32,415 nt of DNA, taken from the NCBI GenBank assembly GCA_024704765.1, contig JAKMXF010000076.1, forward strand, positions 1 through 32,415, written 5' to 3'. Below the pieces are notes generated by a model. It made no database searches. It was not told the DNA's origin and was given only the letters and a program-made list of their open reading frames with translations. The position numbers were made by a program, and so were the translations under genes. The stretch's first letter is position 1. Each line of letters opens with the position of its first letter. The DNA comes from Oopsacas minuta. Its lineage: Eukaryota; Animalia; Porifera. Shown here piece by piece: positions 1 to 10,260 of the stretch.

Positions 1-516
1 GTTCAGTTCTCCTGGAGCTTTCTTGTTTGATTTCTTACAGCAGTAAGCAGTAGGCAGCTGTTTAGCCTTGTAGTCAGGTACAACAGGCTTCACTTGAGGA
101 GGGAAGGTGCGGGTGGGAGATATGTTAGTCTGACTGTTAAGCATAATACTCCCTAGCTGTTCTATGTCAGTCTCGAATTGATCGTTCCATTCAAGTGTAA
201 TACTACTGTCTGTCTCAGCTGTTAGCTCTGTTATCTTCTTATTGATTAATGATATAACTCCATCTAGAGTGTCTTTCAGTTCGTTATCTGTTAATGTATC
301 TGAATTCATTGATTTATTTGTATTCAAAGTCTCGACTAATTTATTCATTTTCTGAGTTTTGTTATTATAATCTTTCTCGATTTGATCAATACGAGAGAGG
401 AGGATACTCTCTCTGAGTTGTAGAGCTTCATGCGACCTCTTGAAGCAGTCTCTAATCTTACTTCTACTATCTTTTACTTGTTCGATAAAGTTTATTTTCA
501 CTTCTACGCTAGCCAT
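1..516 (-). CDS. Coiled-coil + NHL-repeat protein, paralogue C1 (3' part lies beyond the window start)
   Basis: Manual translation from ATG at 516: MASVEVKINFIEQVKDSRSKIRDCFKRSHEAL...QLPTAYCCKKSNKKAPGELN (172 codons, open to position 1). Nearly identical to the N-terminus of the 2548..3819 gene. Not in the ORF track. Confidence 0.93.
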   Translation of the reverse strand, partial: MASVEVKINFIEQVKDSRSKIRDCFKRSHEALQLRESILLSRIDQIEKDYNNKTQKMNKLVETLNTNKSMNSDTLTDNELKDTLDGVISLINKKITELTAETDSSITLEWNDQFETDIEQLGSIMLNSQTNISPTRTFPPQVKPVVPDYKAKQLPTAYCCKKSNKKAPGELN

Positions 517-1766
517 TTCTTTGTCTGCCGAATTTATTATTTTAGAATACAATTATATTATATATTTATTTGTGATTTGAATAGACATAAGCATACAAAT
601 TATGTCCCAGAGTATTAGCTAATATAGTAATAATAATCAATTAGTATAGGATATCAAATTCCCCCAACGAATAATACAGACGTACTCCCTCAGGAAACAA
701 AAACTTACTAACAGAGTATGCGAGTTCTCTTGTTTGATTTATTCGAAATACTATTTAGGGATCGATGATCTACTCGGAGATATCTCAATAATCTACAATT
801 GTTGAGATACTCCGAGGGGCACCCTTATATCATCCCAATCAGTGGGACGAAAGGTAGTAAATTAGCGGAACTTTTGGAGTTTCCTATTTCGCCTAATCCC
901 CAAAAAGAATGGTCCCGAATGGACTCTATTTCAGTCCCTCATGGATGCTCTCAGTACTTTTCGATACCTCCCATATTGATAACCCATTTACAGAACGGAC
1001 AAGTTTTGCTTGTGAAAAATGGATATTCTAATATAATATTTAAAGTTTTAACTCAATTTGCCTTGAAAATCGATTTATGGTTTAAGTTTTGGAGAAATAA
1101 TAAAGGTAGCGAGCAAATTCCAGAACGTAAGGCAGAACACATCAGCAAGTAAATTCTTTGAACTTGGTTTGATTCTTAGCAATTTCAGGATAGGACGAAC
1201 AAATAATTACAGAATATTAGGTCGCTTCAATTGGTATTAAATCAGTTACAAATATTTAATACTTCTATCCCGATATTAGGAAATTCGAGTGAGTACATCT
1301 ATGTGAGGAAAGTAAAATTACTGAGCACACGCGTACTAGTTGAATAGAGCAAATAGGTTAAACTTCCATTTGACCATGAGGTCCCTGATTGCGCCATCAG
1401 GCCGACCAAGTTGGACACTAATCCAAGGCATAATTCTAATCCTCACTTCTAATCGTGTAGTAAAGGGCGTGCCGAAATTCCGAGACGTGACGTTTGGTAA
1501 CCTCCCAAATTCATCATCCAAAGTGTATAACTAATTACCTATAAGCTTTATGTATTCTGTGCAATCCCTGCTAGGATATTTTTCGAATTATGCAGTCAGA
1601 TAGCTCTTATTGTTGTAATTTGGAATTTAGCGAAAAATTGACGAAGGGAAAATTGATTATTTGAATGTATATTTGGCTATTATCATTCTCGCATGTGGAT
1701 AGACTTATTAAATAGCTCTCCTGTTAATGCAGACTCCGGATAAAGCGGACAAATATGCAAATATCG

Positions 1767-1804
1767 CCGTCCGTTGGTGTTCGTATTAACGAGGTTCTAC
1801 TGTA
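1767..1804 (-). mobile_element. Terminal fragment of a Tc1/mariner-pogo-like MITE (second copy at 27055..27092)
   Basis: ccgtccgttggtgttcgtattaacgaggttctactgta matches 27055..27092 at 32/38 positions. The reverse complement begins TACAGTAGAACCTCG, a TA+CAGT terminus typical of pogo/Tigger-type ends. Family assignment is inference. Confidence 0.6.
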
Positions 1805-2156
1805 GCAAGTAAACCGTTAGGAAAACATCACCACGGAATTTTGCCTACTTCGGGTTCGGGTCGGGTTCTGAAAAGTGGGCCCGATTCCAACTCTGAACTT
1901 CATACTCGTCAAATATTTCGTAATTAGTACATTTTGTATTATTGTTGATATCTCAATCTACGCTGAGTACTCGAGGGGTACTTTGTAATATATCGAGAAT
2001 TTTCATCATTCTGATCGAGAATATTATATGGACCACCTTTCAGCTGGATAACTACCTCCCTCTAGCCAAGAAAAGCTTATTATGAGATCGAAAATTCGAA
2101 AGGGAAGTTTCTAGGCGGAATTTTTCTAAAATTCTAAAATGGATACAAAATTGACA

Positions 2157-2160
<4 letters not shown>

Positions 2161-2212
<52 letters not shown>
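2161..2212. repeat. (GATT)13 microsatellite
   Basis: 13 perfect GATT units read directly from the sequence. Confidence 0.98.
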
Positions 2213-2547
2213 ACCAGCGAAGTGAAATGTCATAACAAATTCATAGTAACTGTTTTTCTGTACTATTCTGTGACTTACAAAGCTAAATGTGCAATAAACA
2301 CAACAACGAATTTAAATTTTTCAAGAAAACTTATCCGTTCGTTTCGTGAATTAGGCATCTTGAGCTTAGATATAACAGGAGTTGACTGTAATTATTTCGT
2401 TGGGAATTTGATATCCTTACAAGTTGATTATTATTACTATATTAGCTAATACTCTGAGACCCAAATTGTATGCTTATGTGTATTCAAATTACTAATAAAT
2501 ATATAATATAATTGTATTCTAAAATAATAAATTCGACAGACAAAGAA

Positions 2548-3819
2548 ATGGCTAGCGTAGAAGTGAAAATAAACTTTATCGAACAAGTAAAAGATAGTAG
2601 AAGTAAGATTAGAGACTGCTTCAAGAGGTCGCATGAAGCTCTACAACTCAGAGAGAGTATCCTCCTCTCTCGTATTGATCAAATAGAGAAAGATTATAAT
2701 AACAAAACTCAGAAAATGAATAAATTAGTCGAGACTTTGAATACAAATAAATCAATGAATTCAGATACATTAACAGATAACGAACTGAAAGACACTCTAG
2801 ATGGAGTTATATCATTAATCAATAAGAAGATAACAGAACTAACAGCTGAGACAGACAGTAGTATTACACTTGAATGGAACAATCAATTCGATGCTGACAT
2901 AGAACAGCTAGGGAGTATTATGCTTAACGGTCAGACTAACAAACCTCAAACTCGCACCTTCCCTCCTCAAGTGAAGCCTGTTGTACCTAACTACAAGGCT
3001 AAACAGCTGCCTACTGCTTACTACTGTAAGAAATCTACCGACAAGAAAGCTCCAGGAGAATTGAACCGTCCCAGAGGTATAGCAATACATTACCAAACTG
3101 GAAATATTTACATAGCGGATTGTTACAACAATTGTGTACAAGTATTTAGCAGTAACGGAGACTATCTCTTCATGTTCAGTGAGAAGATGAACAACCCAAT
3201 AGGTATCTGTATATCTCAGAATAAAGTGTTTGTTACACAATACAATGGTCATTGCATTAATAAGTACGAGCTAGAAGGGAAACTAATCAAGAGTGTTGGC
3301 AGTTATGGGGATGGAGAAGCTCAGTTCTCCTTTCCATACGGACTAGATGTCTCTGATAGAAATAGCAATGTGTATGTATGTGATTTTTATAATAACAGAG
3401 TTCAAATCTTAACTCAAGAACTCAAGTTCCATTCCATGCTAGGAATAGACTTGTTTAGGTATCCACGTGACGTTAAGGTTACAAGAGACAGAGTATTGGT
3501 GCTAGATCGGAATGATCCGTGTATGTTTGTGTTCAATTCAGATCACGTTCTAACCAACAGACTAATAACTAAAGGTGATGGCAAACAAACAAACAATCCA
3601 ATCCGTTTCGACATAGACAGAGATTATAACATCATTATGAGTGACAACAATAATCACTGTGTATACATGTTCAATGAGGAGGGAGAACAGATACACAAGT
3701 TTGGGAAGGAAGGTCAGGGTATCGGGGAGTTCGATTGTCCATATGGAATAGCATTAGACAACACAGGACACATTATAGTTGTGTGTGAGAAGAAAACTAA
3801 TTGTCTACAATTCTTCTAA
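2548..3819 (+). CDS. Coiled-coil + NHL-repeat (six-bladed beta-propeller, TRIM-NHL-like C-terminus without RING/B-box) protein, paralogue C2, 423 aa, intronless
   Basis: First in-frame ATG is 2548 (the track start at 2512 is a TTG). NHL-type motifs: GELNRPRGIAI, IYIADCYNNCVQVF, GEAQFSFPYGLDV, GQGIGEFDCPYGIALD. The N-terminal ~110 aa look helical/coiled-coil. Confidence 0.93.
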   Translation: MASVEVKINFIEQVKDSRSKIRDCFKRSHEALQLRESILLSRIDQIEKDYNNKTQKMNKLVETLNTNKSMNSDTLTDNELKDTLDGVISLINKKITELTAETDSSITLEWNNQFDADIEQLGSIMLNGQTNKPQTRTFPPQVKPVVPNYKAKQLPTAYYCKKSTDKKAPGELNRPRGIAIHYQTGNIYIADCYNNCVQVFSSNGDYLFMFSEKMNNPIGICISQNKVFVTQYNGHCINKYELEGKLIKSVGSYGDGEAQFSFPYGLDVSDRNSNVYVCDFYNNRVQILTQELKFHSMLGIDLFRYPRDVKVTRDRVLVLDRNDPCMFVFNSDHVLTNRLITKGDGKQTNNPIRFDIDRDYNIIMSDNNNHCVYMFNEEGEQIHKFGKEGQGIGEFDCPYGIALDNTGHIIVVCEKKTNCLQFF

Positions 3820-3908
3820 CTGACTTTATTTATATAATTAGAGATTTGTGCCATTAGGGAAAAGATATAGAAGATATGTTAGTTTGATTGTTCATTATTT
3901 TCAATCAT

Positions 3909-4019
3909 TTATGATTTTGTCCAGCTGGGTAATTTCTTTGGTTCTTTTCAGGATCAAACTACCTAATCTCTAGTATTCTTTTGAATTTACATAGTTAGGT
4001 GTGAAAATTTAATTTTCAC
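3909..4019. repeat. Dispersed degenerate repeat; segments recur inverted at 17649..17711 and 31217..31265
   Basis: 3961..4019 acctaatctctagtattcttttgaatttacatagttaggtgtgaaaatttaattttcac aligns with the reverse complement of 17649..17711 (acctaatctccagcatgcttttgaattttacattttgaaaggtgtgaaaatttgattaatcac). The reverse complement of 3909..3953 (tcctgaaaagaaccaaagaaatt...aaatcataa) aligns with 31217..31265 (tcctggcaaagaaccaaataat...aaatcataa). Confidence 0.65.
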
Positions 4020-4356
4020 GAAAAAAGTGTGAAACATTCACTTTGTAAATATTCATACCCGAGGTGCAAACCCCTGACCCGGGATGTATATGTGTGCCCA
4101 TTTTCACTGCTAGATTTCGCACTATCGTTCGGACGTCGTACATCGTCCATTCCATTAAGTCACCTCCTGTAGGAGCTGCACTAACATGAGGGACACTGCT
4201 CCTCACAGTTACCGCCCTGTTTACACGTTGGAACAGGTTAAATTTATACAAGTTCCGCATGCTGATTCGGCGGATTTACGTGTTTATAGCCGACAATTAC
4301 TTATTTAATTATGAATTTTCATTTCTAACTAGCTATACTGCTATAGTATTATACAT

Positions 4357-7300
4357 ATGTCTGAGACTAACTCCACTCCAGTAGACACCTTTCAGACACC
4401 AAAGTACGAGTACTCTAGTCTCGTGAGTTCCCCAGCCTCTCACAAACTATCTCCCACCTTTCTATCCTTCCACCATTCATTCGGTTATGACCTACTTCGA
4501 CGTTGTAACTTATACGTCATAGATCCAGACACAGTAATGTATATCAGTGGTAACCTGGTTCACTTCCTAACTCTAAGTACCGGAGAGTTGTCCTATCTTC
4601 GGTCAGCTAGTGGTCATGGTTTAGGGGCACTAGCAGTGCATCCGTCCAAGCAGTTTATAGCTGTAGCGGAGAAAGGAGTGATGCCTGTCATAAACATATT
4701 CACATATCCCGGTCTAAGATTAGATCGTGTACTCAGAGGAGGTACAGAGACAGCTTATGCTCATTTGACCTTCTCTCCTGGTGATGGATTCAAGATAGCA
4801 TCTGTTGGAGGGAGTCCTGATTTTATGCTTACTGTATGGGACTGGAGACATGAAGCTATTGTACTCAGGACTAAAGCATTCTCTCAGGATATTTTCAGGT
4901 GCATGCGGATTTTGTGGGTTTGTGGTGGTTCAGACCTATTTTTACATATTTTGAAATTGTACGCAGATATTTCCATATATGGAACAATGCCATAGGTTGA
5001 TACGATATTCTTGTATATCCATAAACACTACAATTCATAATTCTCCCAAATTCGGTTACATTATTGTATGGAACTTTACTGTAATTACCATATTATTTCT
5101 AATAATACCCTCCCTGGGATAATATAATTTACCGGCTATTATTCGAGGTAATACAGTATTTGAATATCTTTCATATTTTATAAATACCAAAAATTCTCAT
5201 TATATCCGACTTGTTTTACCTGAGTTTCTTATTTTTCTAGAGTATCCTTCTCACCAGAGAATGAAGGTATTCTAACCTCCAGTGGAATAGGGCATATCAG
5301 ATTCTGGAAGATGGCTTTTACCTTCACAGGCTTGAAGCTACAAGGAGATATCGGTAAGTTCGGTAAGAGAGAGATTTCTGACGTCAGCGGGTATGCTGAA
5401 TTTCCAGATGGTAAAGTACTTAGTGGATCTGAATGGGGGAACTTGTTACTATGGGAGGGTGACTTAGTGAAAGTAGAGTTATGCCGCAAGAACCAGAAAC
5501 CCTGTCACGTCGGTAACATTGAGTTCGTGTTCCTCGACGAAGGAGAAATTATAACCGGAGGAGCCGATGGTATTATTCGTATTTGGGATTTCGAAGAGAT
5601 CGATCAGGCTGATGTCATTGATGATAATGATTTGATTGAGATAATACCGTTACAGGAGGTTAAGCTAGCTACACGTACAGGAGCAAGTGTTAAGCATCTA
5701 GCCAAGCTAAACGATCCAGACACACCCACTTACTGGGTGGTACAAGATAACAAAGGGTCGATATGGCGAGTAGATCTACAAGTAAGCCACACACACAAAC
5801 CACCTGAACGTCTATATACATTCCATTCAGGATCTATCACTGGCCTAGCTGTAAGCCTGAATTCACTACATGCTGTTACATGTGGATTGGATGGGAGAGT
5901 TAGATTGTATGATATAGAGGCTAAGAAATTTCTAGGTAGAACTACATTCAATATGGCAGCTACTTGTGTTGCTTGGTTGCCGTTATGGTTTGATGCTTTT
6001 GGCCTGTCTGTAATAGCTGGATTTTGTGATGGGATTATTCGATTATTGCATATAACTGGTGAAGACGGTCAGTCGCCGTTATCTACTGATAAAATTGAAG
6101 ATGATTCGAGTTTCACTTTGAAGCAAGTTCTAAAACCTCATTCAAAACCTGTGACTGCTATTCTACTTGGAGATAATTGTTCTAATCTTAACCTCGTGAC
6201 GTCGGCAGATGATAGCATTTTCTTTATGCTACAGAAAGATCAAAGTGCGAAAAGGGACACATTCATTCCGCTCGGATTTATGTCCATAGAGCATCCGGTT
6301 GTTAATCTCGCCTGGGCCCCGAGTAATACGAAAGACAAATTCACAGTATTGGCTTCGCTTAACAACGCATCTGTTCTTCTAATAACAATACCATCAAAAG
6401 GAGAATTCGACATAAGTACGAGCTATAAGCTGGAAGGAGTATTGCATCAAATATTCAGGTTTAAGAGTGTCAAATATGAAATTTTGAAGGCAGCAAGGGA
6501 TATAGAGCTAGAAGCTGAGAAGGCTAAAAAGTTGAAACAGGTAGAAGAGGATGGTCCCCCATCCACGACTTCTCTTACTCCTGAGGACGAACAGGAGATT
6601 GATCCTTATGCGGATTTACCAGCACCTCCAGAGATTCCCTCTCCCATACTACATGCGTTCTACCATGGACATTCTAACAATTTCTGGCTATGTATGGACT
6701 CATATGATTCAGAATATCTATACGAGTGCTGGATCAGCCCAGATGGCCCAGATCCTGATGGGGATCGTCCCCTTAAGGTCCTCCCAGTACCCAAAATATT
6801 CGGTGCAATCCAGCCAATCACTACCCTTAACTATACACAAAACAAAGAGTATATTATAATTGGTACTAGCAATGGACAGATACAAATCCATAAGGTTAAT
6901 ATTAACGGTAATTTATCACTGGATCAATTCTGGGCTATACCTATGAGTGACCCTGATGCAAAAGTTACACGCGTTTGTACTACGTATAATGATCAGTATA
7001 TTCTAGCTACTTCAGAAGACGGGAATTTCTTCTCGTTTAAAGTTGAGGAAAGACAATTGACCAGTGCGTCACAATATGAAATTTCTAATACAGCTGATAT
7101 AGATATATCAGCTGCTAAGGATATAGAAGATCCTAAACATTATTCCTTGGAAGAAGCCAGGCAGCGTGCAGAGAATGACAGGAAGTTGAAATTAGCTGAA
7201 GAACAAAAGAAACAAGTTATAGCACAAGTAAACAAACTCCGCAAACAGTTTAAACAATTTCAATCACGAAACAATAGTCTACCATCTCATATACAATTAG

Positions 7301-9897
7301 GAGAAGAAGAATTTATAATGGACAAACAGGCAGTAGAAGATTTCAATACTCAAACAATTGAGAGTTTAAAAATGGTAGAATTACAGCAACAATGGCTCCG
7401 TGAGAAATACATTATCGGATATGACAAGCTATATAACAGGTATAAGGCACAATTACAATCAGATACTATTATAGTGTATAGTTTCACGTCAGATGACGTT
7501 ATGACGCGTACATTACGTTGTTTGAAGCGCACGGATAGAGACAATGAGCTTTTGAATGAGGTCAGATCACAGACAAGTGAATCGTTCCGTTACAGTAGTA
7601 GAATGCTACCTAGCTCGAATCAACATGTGTATAATGAAAAGTCTGTTATACCATTAGCTTCTAGGAAAATATCCATAAAAACGGATGTTAGTGTTGATAA
7701 GCAGGGTAAGGGAGAATCACTTCGTTTACAGAGAAAGCAACGGTCTCAAGAATGGGCTCAATTAATCGCAGAAAAACCACAAGATAACTATCAACATCCT
7801 GATGATATAGTCCTGCTACATGATGCTGAAACAAATATGGGAGATTTCAAACTCAAAACTTCATCTGATTACACAGTTCCTGAAGACTTGAGAATGAACG
7901 CATCGAAGAAAAGAATACAGCTTGTGTTATTGAGGCAAGAAATACAATACCGTTCTGAGTTGTTTAATGAGAAAGTTATAGAGTTAAGAAATGAGAAAGT
8001 TGCGATAATTGACAGGTTCACTGTGTGTCTGGAAAGGTTAAAAGAAATCCAGTTGTCCTTACCGAAAGAGGATCAACTCTCTCTTCCTATAATTCCCCAC
8101 TTAAGGCCGGAAGAAGTACCAGAAAAGTCTTTAGAATTCAATGAGAAAGATTTGTTACATTTTGAGAAAAATTATCAAAAAAAGTTGGAGGCCAGAGCCA
8201 AGGCAAAACAGGGTGGAGAGGAACTCGGCGGATTCGGAGGGTTTGGTACCGCGGCACCCATAGACCAACCGGATGACGTAGATTCGTCTTCTGAGGCTCA
8301 AAGTAGCATTAGGGGTTCCCTCACTGACCTAGGGGACCCTGAAGACCTTGATGGTAAGAAATATCCCAAAAGTAAAGCTGAACAATCCTTACGTTATGAA
8401 ATGTTAACACGGCTAAAATATGAACGTGATTCACTACTCAGAGAGATTGAAACTGCGAAAAAGGCATTTGACGTGAAAGTTCGTTATCTTTCAAATTACA
8501 AAATTATTCTAGATTCGCAGATTAAACTCTCAGATTTGAGACATGTACTTTTGTTTGAAGAATATTTACTTTTGAAAGATTTTGAAAAGCGTGAACAGAA
8601 TTTTATAAGTAAACTGAAAGGCAAACAAAAAGATAGACAAGACATGCAAACTAAACTGAACACACTCAAAGAACAAACCGAAACGAAACAAATTTCAATA
8701 CATCATGGCCTTGAAAATCTTAAAGAATTGGAAGAGGAATTTCAGAGAGAAATCGCGAATAATAAATTCGCAGATTTCCTCCTCCGTGTGTTCAAGAAGA
8801 AGATAAAACGCGTGAAACAAGTTGAGAAGAAGGAAGAAGGGGAGAGTTCAGACGAGGAATCCGATTCAGATTTAGAATCAGATATTTCGAGTGATGAAGG
8901 TTCAGAAGCTTATAAAGAAAAGGCGTTTGACGATACCACATGCCCCCAGGGGTGTCAAGTGGCACTGTTTGACAAAGCCTGTGAACTAAGAGAATCTAGA
9001 ATGGATTTGGAAGAACAATTGAGTGAAGATAAGAAGTCACTCGAACTGTTGAAAAAAGATTCAGAGAATTCTGTTAAAAAAGCTAGAGTTATGGATAATG
9101 CTGTCAAAAACGCGAAATCTGATCTTGAAAATTTTCAGCTAGAAAAGCAGCATCGACTTAATGAACTAGAAGTGTTGGTTTTATTGCGAATTTCGCAGAT
9201 TTTGGTTGGAAAACCAAATTCAGATCCCCCACCAAATCTCAAGAACACTCTCGTTTTCTCTGAAAGCAACCTGAATCGTCTCAACATGCGAGCGGGCGAG
9301 ATCAGAGAAGAACAACTTGATCTCCGCCGGCAGAGAAAAGACCTTGAAGCTAAAAAGCAACGATTATCAAATGACAAGAAAACTATGGTTACAAAAGTAC
9401 AAGAACTTGAGAGCCAAGTTGACGAGATTATGATGCTGAAGTTTGGCCGTAAAGTCGATCTCGAATTCTTTGATCCAGTTGAACCTTCTAAAAATGTATT
9501 AGAAATGCGTGAACAAATTGGTAATTTCGAAAAGCAAGCGAGACAAGAGTTGATTGTGAGACAGGAAGAGATCGATTTGAAGAAACAAGAACTTGATGAA
9601 GTGCTACAACTCAACACACGTAGACTCCGTACTCTAACTCAGCTAATGGGAAAGATGAGTGAATATGAAAGCAAGCTAGAGATTGGAGAGAAGCAACTCG
9701 GGTCTGAATTCCAAAGTCCAGAATCTCATCTGACGTCAGATAATGCTGAGTTATCAAATTTAGTTAAAATGCAAGCTGTACAAATCGAGGGATTGAATCA
9801 TGAGATTCGTATTTTGTCTTTGAAGACCGGTCATGTACCTCCCCCTAGGCCCCCTCCGGTTCCCTCCCCTCTTTTTATGAAACAGACTCCAACATGA
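4357..9897 (+). CDS. CFAP44: Cilia- and flagella-associated protein 44 (WD40 repeats + long coiled coil), join(4357..4898,5241..9897), 1732 aa
   Basis: Recognisable CFAP44/WDR52 motifs: SFGYDLLRRCNL, VWDWRHEAIVLRTKAFSQD, GHIRFWKMAFTFTGLKLQGDIGKFG, SGSEWGNLLLWEG, DIEDPKHYSLEEA, GDFKLKTSSDYTVP. A GT..AG intron at 4899..5240 (phase 2) restores the frame DIFR-VSFSPENEG. Total 5199 nt, divisible by 3. Confidence 0.95.
5086..5158. mobile_element. 73-bp MITE-like element with terminal inverted repeats in the CFAP44 intron
   Basis: Left end taccatattatttctaataataccc versus reverse complement of right end tactgtattacctcgaataatagcc: 19/25 identical. TA at both ends (Tc1/mariner-like, inference). Confidence 0.6.
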
Positions 9898-10260
9898 TAC
9901 GTCACTATATAAATATATTCTACTCTATAATCCTCTCAACAGTATTATACTCGAATTCTGTTAACTTTAATTAGTAAACACAGCGAGATTATTAGTCATT
10001 TACATAGATTAAGGATCTCTTTGCAGAATACAGAAATCAGACCTGCATTCAAGGTTTCTATGTTTATTTTCCCGATTTCAACCTTTTCAGTAGCAGCGTA
10101 TCGTTACTAAAAGTGATGGAATATTTGATCTTTTATTGATTTGTTTTAGGCCGAATACACTCGTTTTTTCCCTGAAAAATATTCCCGTTCTGCACGAACA
10201 TTAAGCCGAGTACTTACTAACTGAGTTATACTCAAATACAATTAGCATTTGAGAGAATCA

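Larger units (their letters stand above)
1..3066. repeat. Inverted duplication: arm 1..~690 versus arm ~2375..3066 (NHL C1/C2 plus ~175 bp of upstream DNA)
   Basis: Position 516 pairs with 2548. Only 2 nucleotide differences in the first 111 codons. Upstream homology (cagagtattagctaatatagtaataataatcaa...ggatatcaaattccc) extends to ~690 and ~2375. The track ORFs 430..618(+) and 2446..2634(-) are the same shadow ORF in both arms. Confidence 0.95.

Noticed and set aside
430-618. 62-aa ORF and its twin at 2446..2634(-)
   Set aside because: Antisense shadows of the NHL C1/C2 5' ends, duplicated only because of the inverted repeat.
1850-1896. cgggttcgggtcgggttc...gggcccgattccaactctg, resembling a hAT subterminal repeat or B-box
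   Set aside because: No partner terminus and no cloverleaf; too short to call.
700-2370. ORFs 799..1152, 1336..1521, 1340..1534 and 2207..2449 in the C1/C2 spacer
   Set aside because: No recognisable motifs, mostly non-ATG starts, and no convincing splice-compatible exon chain found.
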